A stretch of DNA of 64,000 bases. Source: Elsinoe ampelina (taxonomy: Eukaryota). Location: the NCBI GenBank assembly GCA_010093995.1, contig ML992501.1:2685194-2749193 (forward strand), in the 5' to 3' direction. The notes under the pieces are model-generated. The model was not told where the DNA came from. It saw only the letters and a program-made list of their open reading frames with translations, and searched no databases. Positions 1 through 12,860 of this stretch are shown one piece after another. The first letter of the stretch is position 1; each line of letters starts with the position of its first letter. The position numbers and the translations under genes are program-made.

Positions 1-900
1 AAGTCTCTCTATAGCCTTAAGCCTTAAGCTTCTAGTAGATTATAGTTTCTAGCCTTATCTATAACCTCTTCCTATTACTAAAGCTAATAGTCTATATTCT
101 ATAAGGAAGAACTAAATAGCTACTTCCTCTAGAGTGCTTTAACCTTAAGCTAAATAGCTATATTAGATAGAGTAAATCTGTTCTTTAAAGCTCGAAGGAT
201 AGCCTATAGATAAGGATCCTCTTCTAGCTAGATAATAGTAAGAACTTATAATATAATTAATAACTAAATAAGGCTAGCTAAGTTAGCTAAGGCCTTATAT
301 TATTTATTATACTATACTTATTCTTCCTTATATATCTAGAAGAGTGCTAAGAAGTTAATATTTACTACTTCTAGCCTCTAAGGCTTAGGGAGCTCCTCTA
401 GCTTAATAGTCTTCTAGGGATTAATAAGGTTCTATATCTTAGTATTTAAGGCTCTTATCTTAATAATATATAGCTAGCTAGCCTACTTAGCTAATATAGC
501 AAGAATAATAGGTATTCTAGCTATTAAAGTATTAGTATCTATAGCTTTATTAATCTCTTTATTAACACCTAAATCCTATAGTTGTAATTAAGGTAGTTCT
601 TAATAGATTATAATACTTAAAAAGCAAGATAATAGAGAATTAACTAATAGATCGAGTAGGAAAGTAACTAAGTAATATACTTATATAGGGGTAGTTATAC
701 CGGGCTTATAACTGTTAACTTATATAGGGGAGGAAAAAGGATTAATTACTACCTAATCTACTAAACTAAGGTAGATTATAACTATATAAATACTTAACCT
801 AATAAACTAAGAGATAACTAAATCAATAGAACTCCTAAATAACAACAGATTAAGACAATAACTATCTAATTTGATCATAAATTAGTAGAGTAGTAGATAA
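1..900. mobile_element. RIP-mutated, AT-rich repeat or transposon relic (class not identifiable)
   Basis: Very AT-rich with abundant TpA (taa/tag/cta) and near absence of CpA/TpG. No ORFs. Abrupt switch to ~50% GC DNA at ~900-930. This is the typical signature of fungal repeat-induced point mutation. Confidence 0.85.
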
Positions 901-1400
901 GTGTTTAGTTCCACCAGGGGATGAACTGAATCAGGGTCCTTCTTGGCGCTCCAGCTTATACCTCGGTTGACACAGTGTTTTCAACCCTTGAGCATGACAC
1001 TCAAAGAAGTACTCATGCTGCCTGATATCGCTGAACCGATAATTAATCCGAGCAGAATCCCGAATGTGTCTGATCTGCCATTGGTCGAGAATGCTGCTGA
1101 TAACGACTGCACGGCATCTCGAGCTATTCCGCTTGATGGAATTGGTGCGCGGGATGGCGACATCTCCAAGCTGCATACCCAAGCCTGCGCTATACAGGCA
1201 TGACAGGGAACAAGGTCCACCGCCGAATGCCACCATCGTCACCACGGCTCCCCAAGGTAGGTCTGTGATGTTTGGCAGGAATATAGTATCAGCACTGTTC
1301 CTCTGTGCCCTGCCATGCAGTTTTCTACTCCACACAATCTCACAGGTCTGCCCGCGACAAACCCTCCCATATTGCTTCGCCAAACAAACACAACGCAGCA

Positions 1401-1595
1401 ATGCAGACTCGAGTAGTCTCAATTACACTGGCCGTCGCCCTACTCTCGAACGTTGCCACAGCAAGACCGGTACCGAAGCTTAATCAAGTTAATTACCGAC
1501 AACCTACTCCGACTTGCAATTGGGATCCGGTCTACACATTTGCTTCATCATGGTCTTGGTTGCTCGGATTCTGTCACGAACCAGTTTCGCCATGA
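1401..1595 (+). CDS. Putative small secreted protein (64 aa), effector-like
   Basis: ATG at 1401 in a caacgcagcaATG context. Hydrophobic signal-peptide-like N-terminus MQTRVVSITLAVALLSNVATA|RPVP. Two Cys in the mature part. Close to the RIP block. Confidence 0.45.
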   Translation: MQTRVVSITLAVALLSNVATARPVPKLNQVNYRQPTPTCNWDPVYTFASSWSWLLGFCHEPVSP

Positions 1596-2054
1596 AGACA
1601 CTCCAAATTTCTCTAGCTTCATCAATGGACAAGCACGACATTCAGGTCCGCAGCTGTATCGCGGCAAAGGTGGAGACGAGCAGCGAGTGGTGATGTCCAA
1701 GAACCGTCCGTCCAGGCCTCGAAGTCATGAGCGAGAGCTGAAGCGGAATACGGGCGGAGAATAGGGCGCCGCCACTGCACTGTGCAAAGGGCGGCTCGCA
1801 GGTTTTACATGACGATGGCGACGACGTTACGATGTTACGAAGCACATGAATATAGAATGAAACATCAATGGAAGTGATTGCATCCTGAAAGCCCACCAGA
1901 TCAGCACCTGCACCCTCCACAAGCCTGCCTCCGCCATCGGCAGCCCACCATGGGCGCCAGCCAGACCCCGCCAAGCCCCCGCACTCTCACAACCTCAAAC
2001 CACCTTCAAAAAAATTCCCCTCCATCCCTCACCTCACCACACAAAAATCCAACC

Positions 2055-3071
2055 ATGGCTCCCTCAGCAATCACCCCACCCCCTTCAGACCCAGAAGACA
2101 CCACCATCCTCTCCCTCCGCAAAACCCTCACTTCCGAATCCTCCCCTCTCGCCTCCCGCTTCCGCGCCCTCTTCTCGCTCAAACACCTCGCCAGCGCCTC
2201 CCCTCCCGGCCCCCAAACCCTCCCCGCCATCTCCGCCATCGCCGCAGCCTTCGCGTCCCCCTCCGCGCTACTCAAGCATGAACTCGCCTACTGCCTCGGC
2301 CAAACGCGGAACTTTGCTGCGGTGCCGCACCTGACGACTGTGCTGCAGGACAAAGCGGAAGATCCGATGTGTAGACACGAAGCGGCGGAGGCGTTGGGGG
2401 CGTTGGGACATGAGGGGAGTTTGGAGATGTTGAGGGGGTATAGGGATGATGAGACGGAGGAGACGGTTGTGAGGGAGACGTGTGATATTGCGGTGGAGAG
2501 GATTGAGTGGGAGCGGAGTACACGGGACAAGGAGCAGGTGAGGGGAAGTGATTTTGCTTCTATTGATCCGGCGCCGCCGACGGCGATGTTGGAGGGTAGG
2601 GCTACGGGATTGAGTATACCGGAGTTGGAAGGGGTGTTGTTGGATGAGAAGAAGGGGTTGTTTGAGAGGTATAGGGCGATGTTTGCGCTGAGGGATCTGG
2701 CGAGTCCGCCGGATTTGGAGACGGCGGTGCCGGCGGTGCAGGCGCTGGCGAAGGGGTTTGGGGACAAGAGTGCGTTGTTCAGACATGAGATTGCGTTTGT
2801 GTTCGGGCAATTGAGTCATCCTGCGAGTATACCGGCGCTGGTTGAGGCTTTGAGCGATCAGAAGGAGGAGAGCATGGTTCGTCATGAGGTTGCGGAAGCG
2901 CTCGGCAGTCTCGGGGACGAGGAGGGCGTGGAGGATGTCTTGAAGCAGTTCTTGGATGATCCCGAGCAGGTGGTTCGGGAGTCGATCGTGGTGGCGCTGG
3001 ACATGGCTGAGTTTGAGCGGACCGGGGAGAGGGAGTACGCGACTGTTCCTGTGGCTGAGGTCGCTGCTTGA
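2055..3071 (+). CDS. LIA1: Deoxyhypusine hydroxylase (HEAT-repeat di-iron enzyme)
   Basis: Four HE motifs (LKHELAYCLGQ, CRHEAAEALG, FRHEIAFVFGQ, VRHEVAEALG) and RFRALF/RYRAMF repeats. Start MAPSAIT in an accATGg context. Confidence 0.95.
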   Translation: MAPSAITPPPSDPEDTTILSLRKTLTSESSPLASRFRALFSLKHLASASPPGPQTLPAISAIAAAFASPSALLKHELAYCLGQTRNFAAVPHLTTVLQDKAEDPMCRHEAAEALGALGHEGSLEMLRGYRDDETEETVVRETCDIAVERIEWERSTRDKEQVRGSDFASIDPAPPTAMLEGRATGLSIPELEGVLLDEKKGLFERYRAMFALRDLASPPDLETAVPAVQALAKGFGDKSALFRHEIAFVFGQLSHPASIPALVEALSDQKEESMVRHEVAEALGSLGDEEGVEDVLKQFLDDPEQVVRESIVVALDMAEFERTGEREYATVPVAEVAA

Positions 3072-3143
3072 ACTGAGGCGGACTCATGACATAATGTACA
3101 TTAGATGATTGCTTCCAAGATACCAGAAAAGTATAGAATGCGA

Positions 3144-3560
3144 TCAGTTGTTTTGTCTCCATTGATGGCCGCAGTCGCAGATGTAGAAGATGGTGGACCC
3201 TTCATCAGCACCTCTGAGCTGTCGCTCATAGTAACTGACTTCTTCCTGACCACATTGTGGGCATGTCTCGTTAATTCGAGAGTATTGCTCGCCCTGTTCT
3301 GCACGTGTGGTCTGAACGTCAGATCGCTTGGCGCGCAGAGCCGATGGAAAAGCGTCGGGCTTCGATCTCGTGATAATAGTCTTCTCCGACGTATCTGATC
3401 TTGATGTGAGAGCTGGTTCGAGACAAAAGAGATGTTGCATCATACCTTTACAGACGGCGCCACATACGGAGCAATTCAAGTCTGTCTGTTCAGGTCCGGT
3501 GGCACGGTCGAGCAAGTTACCACAGTCAGTGCAAAATACCAGGGATCCAATAGCCGACAT
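3144..3560 (-). CDS. RPA12: RNA polymerase I subunit A12.2 (one in-frame 51-nt intron, 3395-3445)
   Basis: N-terminal zinc ribbon GSLVFCTDCGNLL...CSVCG. C-terminal TFIIS-type ribbon CPQCG...QLRGADEGSTIFYICDCG. Confidence 0.93.
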   Translation of the reverse strand: MSAIGSLVFCTDCGNLLDRATGPEQTDLNCSVCGAVCKGMMQHLFCLEPALTSRSDTSEKTIITRSKPDAFPSALRAKRSDVQTTRAEQGEQYSRINETCPQCGQEEVSYYERQLRGADEGSTIFYICDCGHQWRQNN

Positions 3561-3999
3561 CGTGTAGGTTGTGCATACAGAAATGACAAAATTAGCAACG
3601 TTCACTTTGGTTTCATGCGAAATGGCAGTAAATCTTTGCGGAAGAACCTTGGAAGCATTTTGAGTTGATGTCTTGGCTGCATGCGGTTCTGTGGTTAATG
3701 CCGGCCCAATCAGAGCACGTTTCCACCAGACCGGCAGTCGCGAGAATGCCTTCTGTTCTTGGATACCGCCACCATCTGTCGACCTCCCACAGTCTCAGCG
3801 ATACTAACTAGTCGGAGGACTAATAATCGTCGCGCCTACTCTGATGGCCAGACACGCTGGCCGTAACCTCTCCGAAACACATGCCGAACCATAGATCCTG
3901 GACGCCGCATTTTACCTCTCAGCTCTGATGGCTGCTGGAGACAAACAACCATGAGACTGCACATGTTCCGCTCACGCAATTGACTCTGACACAATCGTA

Positions 4000-6900
4000 A
4001 TGGCGTCGCACAATCGTGGTGGCCTTCAAGATGGCACCACACCCAGGAGAAGGATTCCCACGGTCGATGAGGCGATGACATTCACCCCATTGTCGTCCAT
4101 CATCCCGTTCGATGCTGAAGTTGTACCCGCACCCGTGGCTTGGCCTGGCACTGCACCTCTGAGACTACTTTCGAACGATCAAGCTGCAGCCGCGAACAGA
4201 TTACTCTCTTCTCTGGACAAGGAAGCGGGCCGCGCTGAAACAGCTTCTGGACGCCTACAACAGACACTTGCGGATGTGCAGAAATTGCTCAGCAGAAAGG
4301 ATGCTCCACAATAGTGCGTTCAAAGTAACGTTGTTCACGCAGACAGACTGACAGTAACAGCAAGTTGAAAAGCTCTCTGAAAGGACTTTCAACGAGAACG
4401 GACACTGCCGCACCTGCACAATCTGCTGGCCAACAACCACATCCCTTGGGTGCCTTCGCACGCCGTGTGATAGAGACTGCAAGATTGCCACCAATAGAGC
4501 CTGTATCATCTTTACCAAACCCACATGCCAGTGCTAGGCAGCCGTCGACTTCACATGCTCATGTGAAGCCTAGATTTCACGACGAAGCACCACCGCAGTC
4601 CAGTCCTTTATCACCCCTGAGAAGCTCTCAGGTAGCCCCGCCGACACCTCTTCACCGACAGCCTCCGACCTCAACTCCTCGTAACGACCATGTGACACCA
4701 ATCCCTAGGACTTTCGTTATAAACAATCCTGTTTTATCTCAAGAACAATTGGCGCAATACGAGCGTGGTCCGGAACCACAGATCCGAACCTACGCACCCG
4801 CGACCTCGAATGCTGCAACCAATGACGCAGTGCCGGATCGTGCAGCTCTTGCAGCCCAACGACAGAAAGCTGGTTTAGCAGTGTCGCGACTTCAAATGCT
4901 TGCAAACGACATCTTTGAGGGTGAGATCCAATTTCAATCAGACCGCCAACATGCTGGCGAAATTTTCACCATGGCCGACACGAATGAAGGCAGCGCCGCA
5001 ATTCTTTCACCCGCCATGCAGGCATCATTGGACAAGGCAATCACGTCAGTCGTGCGGTACAAAGCATTGGGCGATATGCCGGTTGACGATCTTTTACGGC
5101 TTCAGAAGCTGTGCTACGCAACCATAAGAACGACCGAAGACCGTTACCTCGGTGTTGGAGACGGCTGGGACGAGACCGACATCAGCGAATGGACTTTCAA
5201 GTTGGCAGTAGCAGAGCAAGGTCTTACTGCAGCTAGAACTATCCTTCGGATCATGGGATCCGGCACGGAAGAGAAAGTCCTCTTCTCCGAGGATATCTTG
5301 ACAAGCTTGCTCAATTTTATCAGAAATGTGACAGACACGCTGGTTGTGTCTGTAGTGGAGTTGCGATCAAGCGCAGAATCGGACAGTCCTTTTCAGGTGG
5401 CGCACAGGCATCGTTCCAGGTTGGTCTCATTCTTCCGATCCATTGGCAAAGTCGTAGCGCTTCTCGGAAATGTGTTTTTCAAGGTCGACATGGATGAGAC
5501 AGCCGTCACTGCGGTAGAAACCTTATGTACCACCTTGCTCTTTGTGGAGAATGCCCCGTCCGAAGCAGAGTCAGCCTTGGGCATCCAGAGCTTCGAGACG
5601 CTCCGGCGGACAGCTATGGATGCTCTTGCCAAGCTCTTCGCAAGGAACAAGGGCCAGCGACAGTCCATCTTCGACGACATTCTCACGTCCCTGGAGCGTT
5701 TGCCCGTAGGAAGACAGAGCGCCCGACAATACAAGCTCTCAGATGCGAAGCCTATCCAGCTTGTATCTGCACTCCTAATGCGCCTGGTTCAAACCAGCAC
5801 AATGATTGATGATGCAAAGAGTCTGCGAGACAGGAGGCCAGCCTCTGGCAGAGAAGATGACGACGACGATGAAAGCGAGGATGAAGAAAGTGAAGAGGAC
5901 GCGGATTATGACAGTGCGGACGAAAGCCACAGTGCACGTAAGCGCAAGCAGAAGCGGAAGCCCAAGACTGGCACTGGATCCGACGAAGATCTCGAGATCT
6001 TAGTCACACCTCTCTACGATGCAGCAGTCAACCACGCAAGATACGTGACGCATTTTCTCGTCTCCAGAGCCATCAATTCCAGCAAGTCGAGCGGTGAACC
6101 ATACCGGAATCTGCTTGACATTTTCGTCGAGGACTTTATCAACGTGCTGGGCAAGACGGATTGGCCTGCTGCAGAACTGCTACTTCGCCAATTGCTTCAA
6201 CGATTCTACGAGATCACCGAGAATGCAAAGAGCTCTGCGCCATCAAAGGCCATGGCGCTTGAGCTTATGGGAGCTATGCTCACCGGTATCACCGATATTC
6301 GACTGCATACCGCAGAAGCTTTCGATAAGCATATTGACGACAGCACTGTCTTGGAACACCTCAAGTCGATCCATACGGCAATCGCCAACGACGAAGCGAC
6401 CGAGCAGGAGACGCTGGCGCTGGACGGACCTTATCGTGCTGTCGTGGAGTACATCCGGGTCAGGGCGGATGCAGAGCAACAAGATGCTAATCTGGCCACC
6501 GCTCTCAGCTACCACTTTGTCCAGTGGGGACATCAAATCGTCAAGCCATTTGGTCGAGAGTCTTCAGAACCTTTGCAGTCTGCTCTGCACACCAATCAAG
6601 CCATCACTCAGGCTATCCGTAACCCACAACATCAGGATCTGGACGGGACTGTCTACTCTATCAGAACAGAGGAAGCTCGTCTAGGAGCAGCTCTGCTCAC
6701 ACTCCGATTGCCTGTGGGAAGGTTGTTCAATCAGATCTTCAATAAGCTGCTTACTTCCATGAGCAGCGATCAAGCGTCTCTAAGGAGCAAAAGTCTGCGA
6801 AGCGTCGAGGATGTCCTGCAGAAAGACCCTTCAATTTTGGATCGCGGCGGCTTTGTCCTGCAGAACATTGTCCGTTGTATGACAGACTCGTCCACACAGG

Positions 6901-9566
6901 TCAGGGACGCTGCGCTAGGTCTTCTTGCGACATGCTTACAGTTGCGACCCAAGCTTGATGTTAATGCTTTCGAACACATCCTGCGTCGCGCTTCCGACTC
7001 CGCCAGTGTGGTGAAGAAGCGTGCTATCAAGCTGTCCAAGGACATCTATCTCCGCAACGATTCTATACCTCTGCGCTCGAAGGTTGCCGATGCTCTCATT
7101 CATTGCGTCTCGGATATCGAACCTACAGTGGTGGAGCTTGCAAGGCAGACCATCGAGGATGTCTGGATCGCTCCGTATCACACGATGGTCAGATCAGACC
7201 CCGATGATGCAAGAGCGAAAACGAAGCTTGCTCAGCAGACATCTCTCATTGTTGAGACCGTTAAGCGCAGCCCAGACGTGATCGACGTCCTGCAGGACTT
7301 GCTAGAAGATGTCATGTCTCCAAAGTCAAAGACGTCCACCAGCAATATCGCTGTGTGCAAAGCCTTCGTGCTGCTTATGGTCGACGCAGTCATTGATGAG
7401 ACGGCACTGCCCAGCCGCCCACCACGTGCGGTCACCATGAAGACCCTCGCTATCTTCTCACAAGCTCGCCCGAAATTGTTCACATCGGCACAATTGCAAC
7501 CTCTACTGCCATACTTGAAGAATTTGCAATCAACAGACGACCTCGATGTCTATCGCTATACCATCATCATCCTTAGGTGCACGTTACCGCACATCTCGAA
7601 CTTGCCTCGGACAGTCTTGACCGAGACGCAAGCATCTCTGCTCAACAGCGTCGCCAAACTGCCGGCACCAGAATTAAAAGAGGCTACCACTTGTCTTTGG
7701 GCGCTTGCACAGATGTCTGGTGCTCCTGAGAGGCTGATCGCCTTGACTCGATCATCTATGGAAGGTTTGAAGATGAGAAGTACCCACGATCTCAAGAACG
7801 ATCAGACTGCCAGACAGGTTGAGCGGCTTCTATTGCTCGTCGGCAGTTGCGTGGGTGCTTTTGATCTTGACGCTCATTTGGAAACCTTCAAGGCGAAGCT
7901 CCCGGACAAAGACGCCAAACAAGTCGCTTCGCTGGCAGTGTCCATCGTCTGTCCGCTGACCAGTCCTAAAAGCCCTCCAGTGATTAGGAGCACCGCTGTG
8001 AAGTCTCTTCTACAACTTTGTCAAGCTTGGCCCAAGGAATACAAGCGCACAGACGTCTCTAAAGCAATCGAATTGGTTTTGTCCTCGGATGACCAGGGCC
8101 TTCAGCTTGTGCTAATGACTGCTTGGCGAGAATTTTTCATTCCTGGTACAGATCGACGGCCCGTCGAGGACATGACAAATGGAAGTCAAGCCGCCGTTGG
8201 TGCTGATCGTATCAAGCAGACCTATCTTGCAACTGACCGGGATGGAGCTTCCACGGCCATCGCGCAGCGATTCATGTCCGATATCATCAGGATCTCCCTC
8301 AACGCTTCGACCGAATTGTCTACCATGGCTGCCCACGTTGTCATCAACATCAACAAACTTGGCATGGTTCATCCTCGAGAGTCAGCTTCCGCGCTTGTGG
8401 CTCTTCAGACCTCTCCCGATGCTGCAATTGCCAGGGCTGCGGCAGAGGAGCACGGTGCACTGTTTAGCAAGTACGAGAGCATATTCGAAAAAGAGACCGT
8501 TCGTGCTGTCCAACAAGCCTTCGTCTACCAGCGGGACACAATCAAGGATTTGAAGGGATATACTGGACAGCCACCCGTAGCCAAGCTTCATCTGTTCTGG
8601 GACATCCTCAAAACCTGCAAGGCCAAGGTCCGTCAGAAGTTCGTCACGAACATTAGCACTCACATGGATTTTGAATATGGCAAGCTTGATCTCACTGGAA
8701 AGCTACCGAGCCATGTTGGACTTGTGGCCTTCTGCGTACAGAATTTGGCCATGTTCGATTACATTACCCTACAAGATCTGACATTGCTGGTAGACGGTTT
8801 GGAGAAGGTCTTTTCTGCGACTGGTACTGCCGTGGCACACGGAGTTGAGGGATCACTCCTGAACAACACGATTGAAGCGGTGAATTGTCAGATACCACAC
8901 GCCCATGGTGCTCCCAACGGCGTCAATGGAGAAACCCTCGATGGGGTGTCGCTGCCAATCCGTGAGACAATCACACTTGCCGACGACGTCACCACAGTCG
9001 CAGCACAAACTAAGCCGGTCAATCCCGAACTCCTGCGATCACTTGCTGCAGGCTCCCAGGTTCTCCTCCTTCTCTTCGAGCTTCGAACTTTCCTTCGTAG
9101 AGGGTATTCTCTGTCCAAACCACCTGGTGGCCAACGGGGACGACCTCCCAAAGATCCTAATAAAGCCAAAGACAAAGAAGAGAAAGCCAAGGCCCCGCAA
9201 CGAGTCCCCAACGCCACTCTCATGGCCGAGCGCTTCCTTGCTCGTACTGAAGAGATTGTCAAAGCCTACGAGACATCTGATGGACAGCGCAGGATCTGTC
9301 TCCAGTTCCAAGAGAAGATCAGTATCGACGACGAAGTCAGGGTCAAACCTGAAGATGCGGAAGATGTGGGAATGGGCGATGAGCCCGGGTTCCTTGGAGG
9401 CATAGGCAACTACGGCGATCGTGCTACCCCCAGTCTGGATGGTGAGGAGAGCAGTGCTGCTGGCACGCCGGCAAAGCGAGGCAGGAAGAGGAAGAGCGCG
9501 ACACCTGCAGGTACACCAAGGAAGAAGAAGAAGAGAAGCATCGGCGATGATGATGATTGGGATTAG
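4000..9566 (+). CDS. SCC2: Cohesin loader Scc2/Mis4/Nipped-B (intron 4314-4360)
   Basis: N-terminal EAMTFTPLSSIIPF motif, IQLVSALLMRLVQ, PYRNLLDIFVEDF...DWPAAELLL, HEAT region LRSKSL...VRDAA, and GMVHP. The GT..AG intron joins the two ORFs in frame. Confidence 0.92.
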
Positions 9567-9780
9567 AAGCCTTGACTGTCCCATCGACCTGATCGCTGAG
9601 GACGTGCTTGGAAGTGGCTTGATAGGTGAAGGGAAGGATTTTGCTGGGCTTTGAAGACAAACGACGTGCGGGAATAGATAGGGAGATTTGTATACCAGAC
9701 AGCATAATCGCACAGTCTGGTAGCGATACGCATGTCATGACCACGTTCTACAAAGGTCCGTCCATGATGATACAATATGT

Positions 9781-12432
9781 TCAAGGTCTCGAGACGGCAT
9801 CTTTGCCTATGTCCACAACCCCAGTGTCAACTGCATCGTGCAGATGCTTGGGTATTTCCAGTTGCGCAGCCAGATCCGACGGTTTCAGGCTATGCACTGC
9901 AGACTGGACCGGCTCCGACTCTTCCACCGCCAGTTCCTCACCCTCAACCTCAGCAGCAACAAGCTCTTCCGCCCTCCCCACCTCATCCCCCAGGTCCTCC
10001 CTGACCTCCTCCCCGGCAACACCCTCCTCATCCACCTCCTCCCCCTCCCCTTCCGCACCCCACACCTCCGCCTCCCTCAGCCGCACAATCCTCTTCCTCT
10101 TCTCTTCCGTACTCAACCCTCCCAAAACCTTCTCGATCCTCTCCTCCACCCTCCTCTTGACCTCCAAAGCCAAGGCTCTCGTCCCAAACACCCCTGCAAA
10201 GCGATAACTCAACCACAGGTACACGACCAAGGCCTTGTGCAACTTTTCCAGATCACGCAGGTAGGTCCTCGTCATGACGACTTCCTCCTCGAGCAACTCC
10301 AGCGGAATCTCGGCGATCTCGTAAAGCGCGCCGCCGCTCTGCTGCTCCACGCACCGCGCCAACGACGGGATGAGTTCCGCCCACAGGTCCTGGTCTGACG
10401 TCCCCGCCGGCGTGGCGGTGAAGATCACGCGGTCCGTGATGCTGAGGTTGCGCACCGGCTCGATCAGATCCGCGAGCAAAAGTGCGTCGCGTAGACCGCA
10501 GAGATGGAACCGGGTGTGGAGTTGCGCCAGCTCGGAGAGGCGCAGGAGGACGTACGAGAAGGGGGTGCCGGGCGGGAAGTACTGCGCAAAACGATCGACG
10601 ACCGAGACAGGGAAGAAGAGGCCTGCGGATTTGATGACGGGGGGTTCGCGGCGGAGGGCTTTGGAGATGATGGGGTAGTCGATGTTTTGGAGGGTGGTGA
10701 CGAGGCCGATGTTGGTGGGGTCGTTGGGGGGTGGGGCGGGAGGGGAGGATGGGTCGTGGTTGGGGTGGAGGAGGGTGAGGGCGCGTTCGTACGGGGAGGG
10801 GTGGGGAATGGGTTGGTAGCGTTTGTTTGCGAGGGAGTCGGAGGGAGTGGTGATGTTGGATTCGGCGACGAGGTTGACGTCCGCGGAGGTTTCGCCTTTG
10901 GCTGCGGAGAGGTCTTCTGAGGCGGTGGTGTTAACGGGGGCGGTCTTGTATCGGCCAGCGCGACCGGCGATTTGCTTCATGTCGGCGAGAGGGATGGTTT
11001 GGCGATCTTGTCCGTTGAACTTGGTGGTGGTTTCGAAGATGACTCGTTTGATGCTGAGGTTGAGACCCATGCCGATGGCGTCACTGGCGACGAGGTAGTC
11101 ATAGTCGTTGTCGGGGTCGTTGAAGAGTCGTGCTTGCTGAGCACGGGTCTCTGGTGGTAGGCCACCGTAGACTATGGCGACCTTCTTGCCAGTCTGTTCT
11201 TCTATCACTTTGCGCAAGGCGTGAATGCCCATGACGCTGAAGCTGACGATGCAGTCGCCTTTCCTCAATTTGCTAAGATCGCCGTCGAGGCTCTGCTTGT
11301 CCATTTCCAGTGGGGACAGACGGTCGTAGGTATGTATTATTGGCTTCTCTCCGATCATGGCGCACAACTCTTGAATGATAGGTACTGTCCGGGCCTCACC
11401 ACAAAGATGTAGTTCCTTGGCCTGCACACCGAGCAATGCTTGGGTCCATGCCCAGCCACGTTCCTGACTACCAAGCATCTGTATCTCATCAATGACAGCG
11501 ACATCCACGACCCTATTGAGGTCCAGCATCTCGACTGTACAACTGGAAATAGCGAAATCCGTACTAGTGTTATCTGGCGCTCGTCTCTCCTCGCCTGTGA
11601 GGAGCAATGTCCTTTTGCCTTTTGCGTTCATGCGGACATAGACTTCATGCGCTAGAAGCCGAAGCGGTCCAGCATACATTCCTGAGTGGGCAGCTTCCAA
11701 GCTCTTCAGCGCATGATATGTCTTTCCAGAGTTTGTTGGTCCCACGTGCAGATGAACCTTTCTCTGAAGCCTCCTCGTCGCCGGGTACCATTCGACTGGA
11801 TACCGGAGATCTGCAACCGCCTTCTGGTTCTGTATATCCGACTCGGTGAAACGAAGACCACTGACATACCCGTAAAAGCCATACTTCAGTCGCGCTTCCA
11901 GTCCAGTCTGTTTGTTGTTGTTGAATTCATCCTCCAGAGAGTTGAAGAATTTGCTCTCCTCGGGGTCCCATGCTCGTTTTGATCTCCAGACGGAGTTCTT
12001 AAAAGCCTCAAAGGTCGACTTGAATGTGTGACCTTCCTTGTCCAAATACGACACGATAGGCGCCTCTTTCAACTCTTGTTCTATGACTCGCAGAGCCTGT
12101 GGCAGTGCTTGCTCAATGCTTACTGCCGCCCTTCCTCCTCGAAAGCTCAGGGTTCTATTTGTAGCACCCTTGCGTGTTTCTTTGGCAAATGGGTTTCTTC
12201 TCGAGGTCGACGGTCCGTTTATCGACTTGATTTTCGATTGAGACGGTTGCCGTCTGACCACATTGCCGAATTTATGCCCGTGCTCATGTCTTGTAGTGTC
12301 TCCTGCGTGTCGAGTTTGTAATGTCGTGAATGACCTCACCGGTCCCCCTTGTAGTTGAGGAATGCTTCTTGGTGTAGTGGTCGCATGTTGGCAGAACAGA
12401 CAGACGCTGCTCGTGTGGCGGGCTGCTCGCAT
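9781..12432 (-). CDS. SUV3: Mitochondrial ATP-dependent RNA helicase Suv3
   Basis: HVGPTNSGKT, GPLRLLA, IDEIQM...RGWAWT, YGGLPPETR, ASDAIGMGLNL and QIAGRAGR motifs. Arg/Ser-rich presequence. Confidence 0.95.
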   Translation of the reverse strand: MRAARHTSSVCLFCQHATTTPRSIPQLQGGPVRSFTTLQTRHAGDTTRHEHGHKFGNVVRRQPSQSKIKSINGPSTSRRNPFAKETRKGATNRTLSFRGGRAAVSIEQALPQALRVIEQELKEAPIVSYLDKEGHTFKSTFEAFKNSVWRSKRAWDPEESKFFNSLEDEFNNNKQTGLEARLKYGFYGYVSGLRFTESDIQNQKAVADLRYPVEWYPATRRLQRKVHLHVGPTNSGKTYHALKSLEAAHSGMYAGPLRLLAHEVYVRMNAKGKRTLLLTGEERRAPDNTSTDFAISSCTVEMLDLNRVVDVAVIDEIQMLGSQERGWAWTQALLGVQAKELHLCGEARTVPIIQELCAMIGEKPIIHTYDRLSPLEMDKQSLDGDLSKLRKGDCIVSFSVMGIHALRKVIEEQTGKKVAIVYGGLPPETRAQQARLFNDPDNDYDYLVASDAIGMGLNLSIKRVIFETTTKFNGQDRQTIPLADMKQIAGRAGRYKTAPVNTTASEDLSAAKGETSADVNLVAESNITTPSDSLANKRYQPIPHPSPYERALTLLHPNHDPSSPPAPPPNDPTNIGLVTTLQNIDYPIISKALRREPPVIKSAGLFFPVSVVDRFAQYFPPGTPFSYVLLRLSELAQLHTRFHLCGLRDALLLADLIEPVRNLSITDRVIFTATPAGTSDQDLWAELIPSLARCVEQQSGGALYEIAEIPLELLEEEVVMTRTYLRDLEKLHKALVVYLWLSYRFAGVFGTRALALEVKRRVEERIEKVLGGLSTEEKRKRIVRLREAEVWGAEGEGEEVDEEGVAGEEVREDLGDEVGRAEELVAAEVEGEELAVEESEPVQSAVHSLKPSDLAAQLEIPKHLHDAVDTGVVDIGKDAVSRP

Positions 12433-12860
12433 GAATCGACGCGGTGTGGTTGCTATTGACCGATTTGGCGACTTCCACTAATTCGTCAGATATGTTGGCC
12501 TGCTCCGAAGATGAAAGTCGTGTCCAAAGATGTGTTCAACGAGAGTATTGTATCTTTGAAAAAAAAGTGGCCATCATGATGCGCGATGTCGAAGCTTGGC
12601 AAAAGCATTTCCGTTTCGGGAGCTCCTCCGCCGATGTCATTGCTCCGCCGCGGTGAACAGGGCACTTTCAATTGGATTCCATGCGCCTGCCTGACCTTCT
12701 TGAACGATACTGATTTCCATCCCCTCCGATCGGCGTCATAAGCTGTCCTAGATAATCACGACATGTCTGCTGCGCGATAGCAAACACGCCTTGACGACCA
12801 GACTCGGAGCCAGGCAGCACCCCTAACACGCCTGGGCGTTCATGAAGCCCTATCCCCGCC

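Noticed and set aside
931..1400. Overlapping ORFs just right of the RIP block
   Set aside because: Most have non-ATG starts and there is no recognisable similarity to transposase or other proteins.
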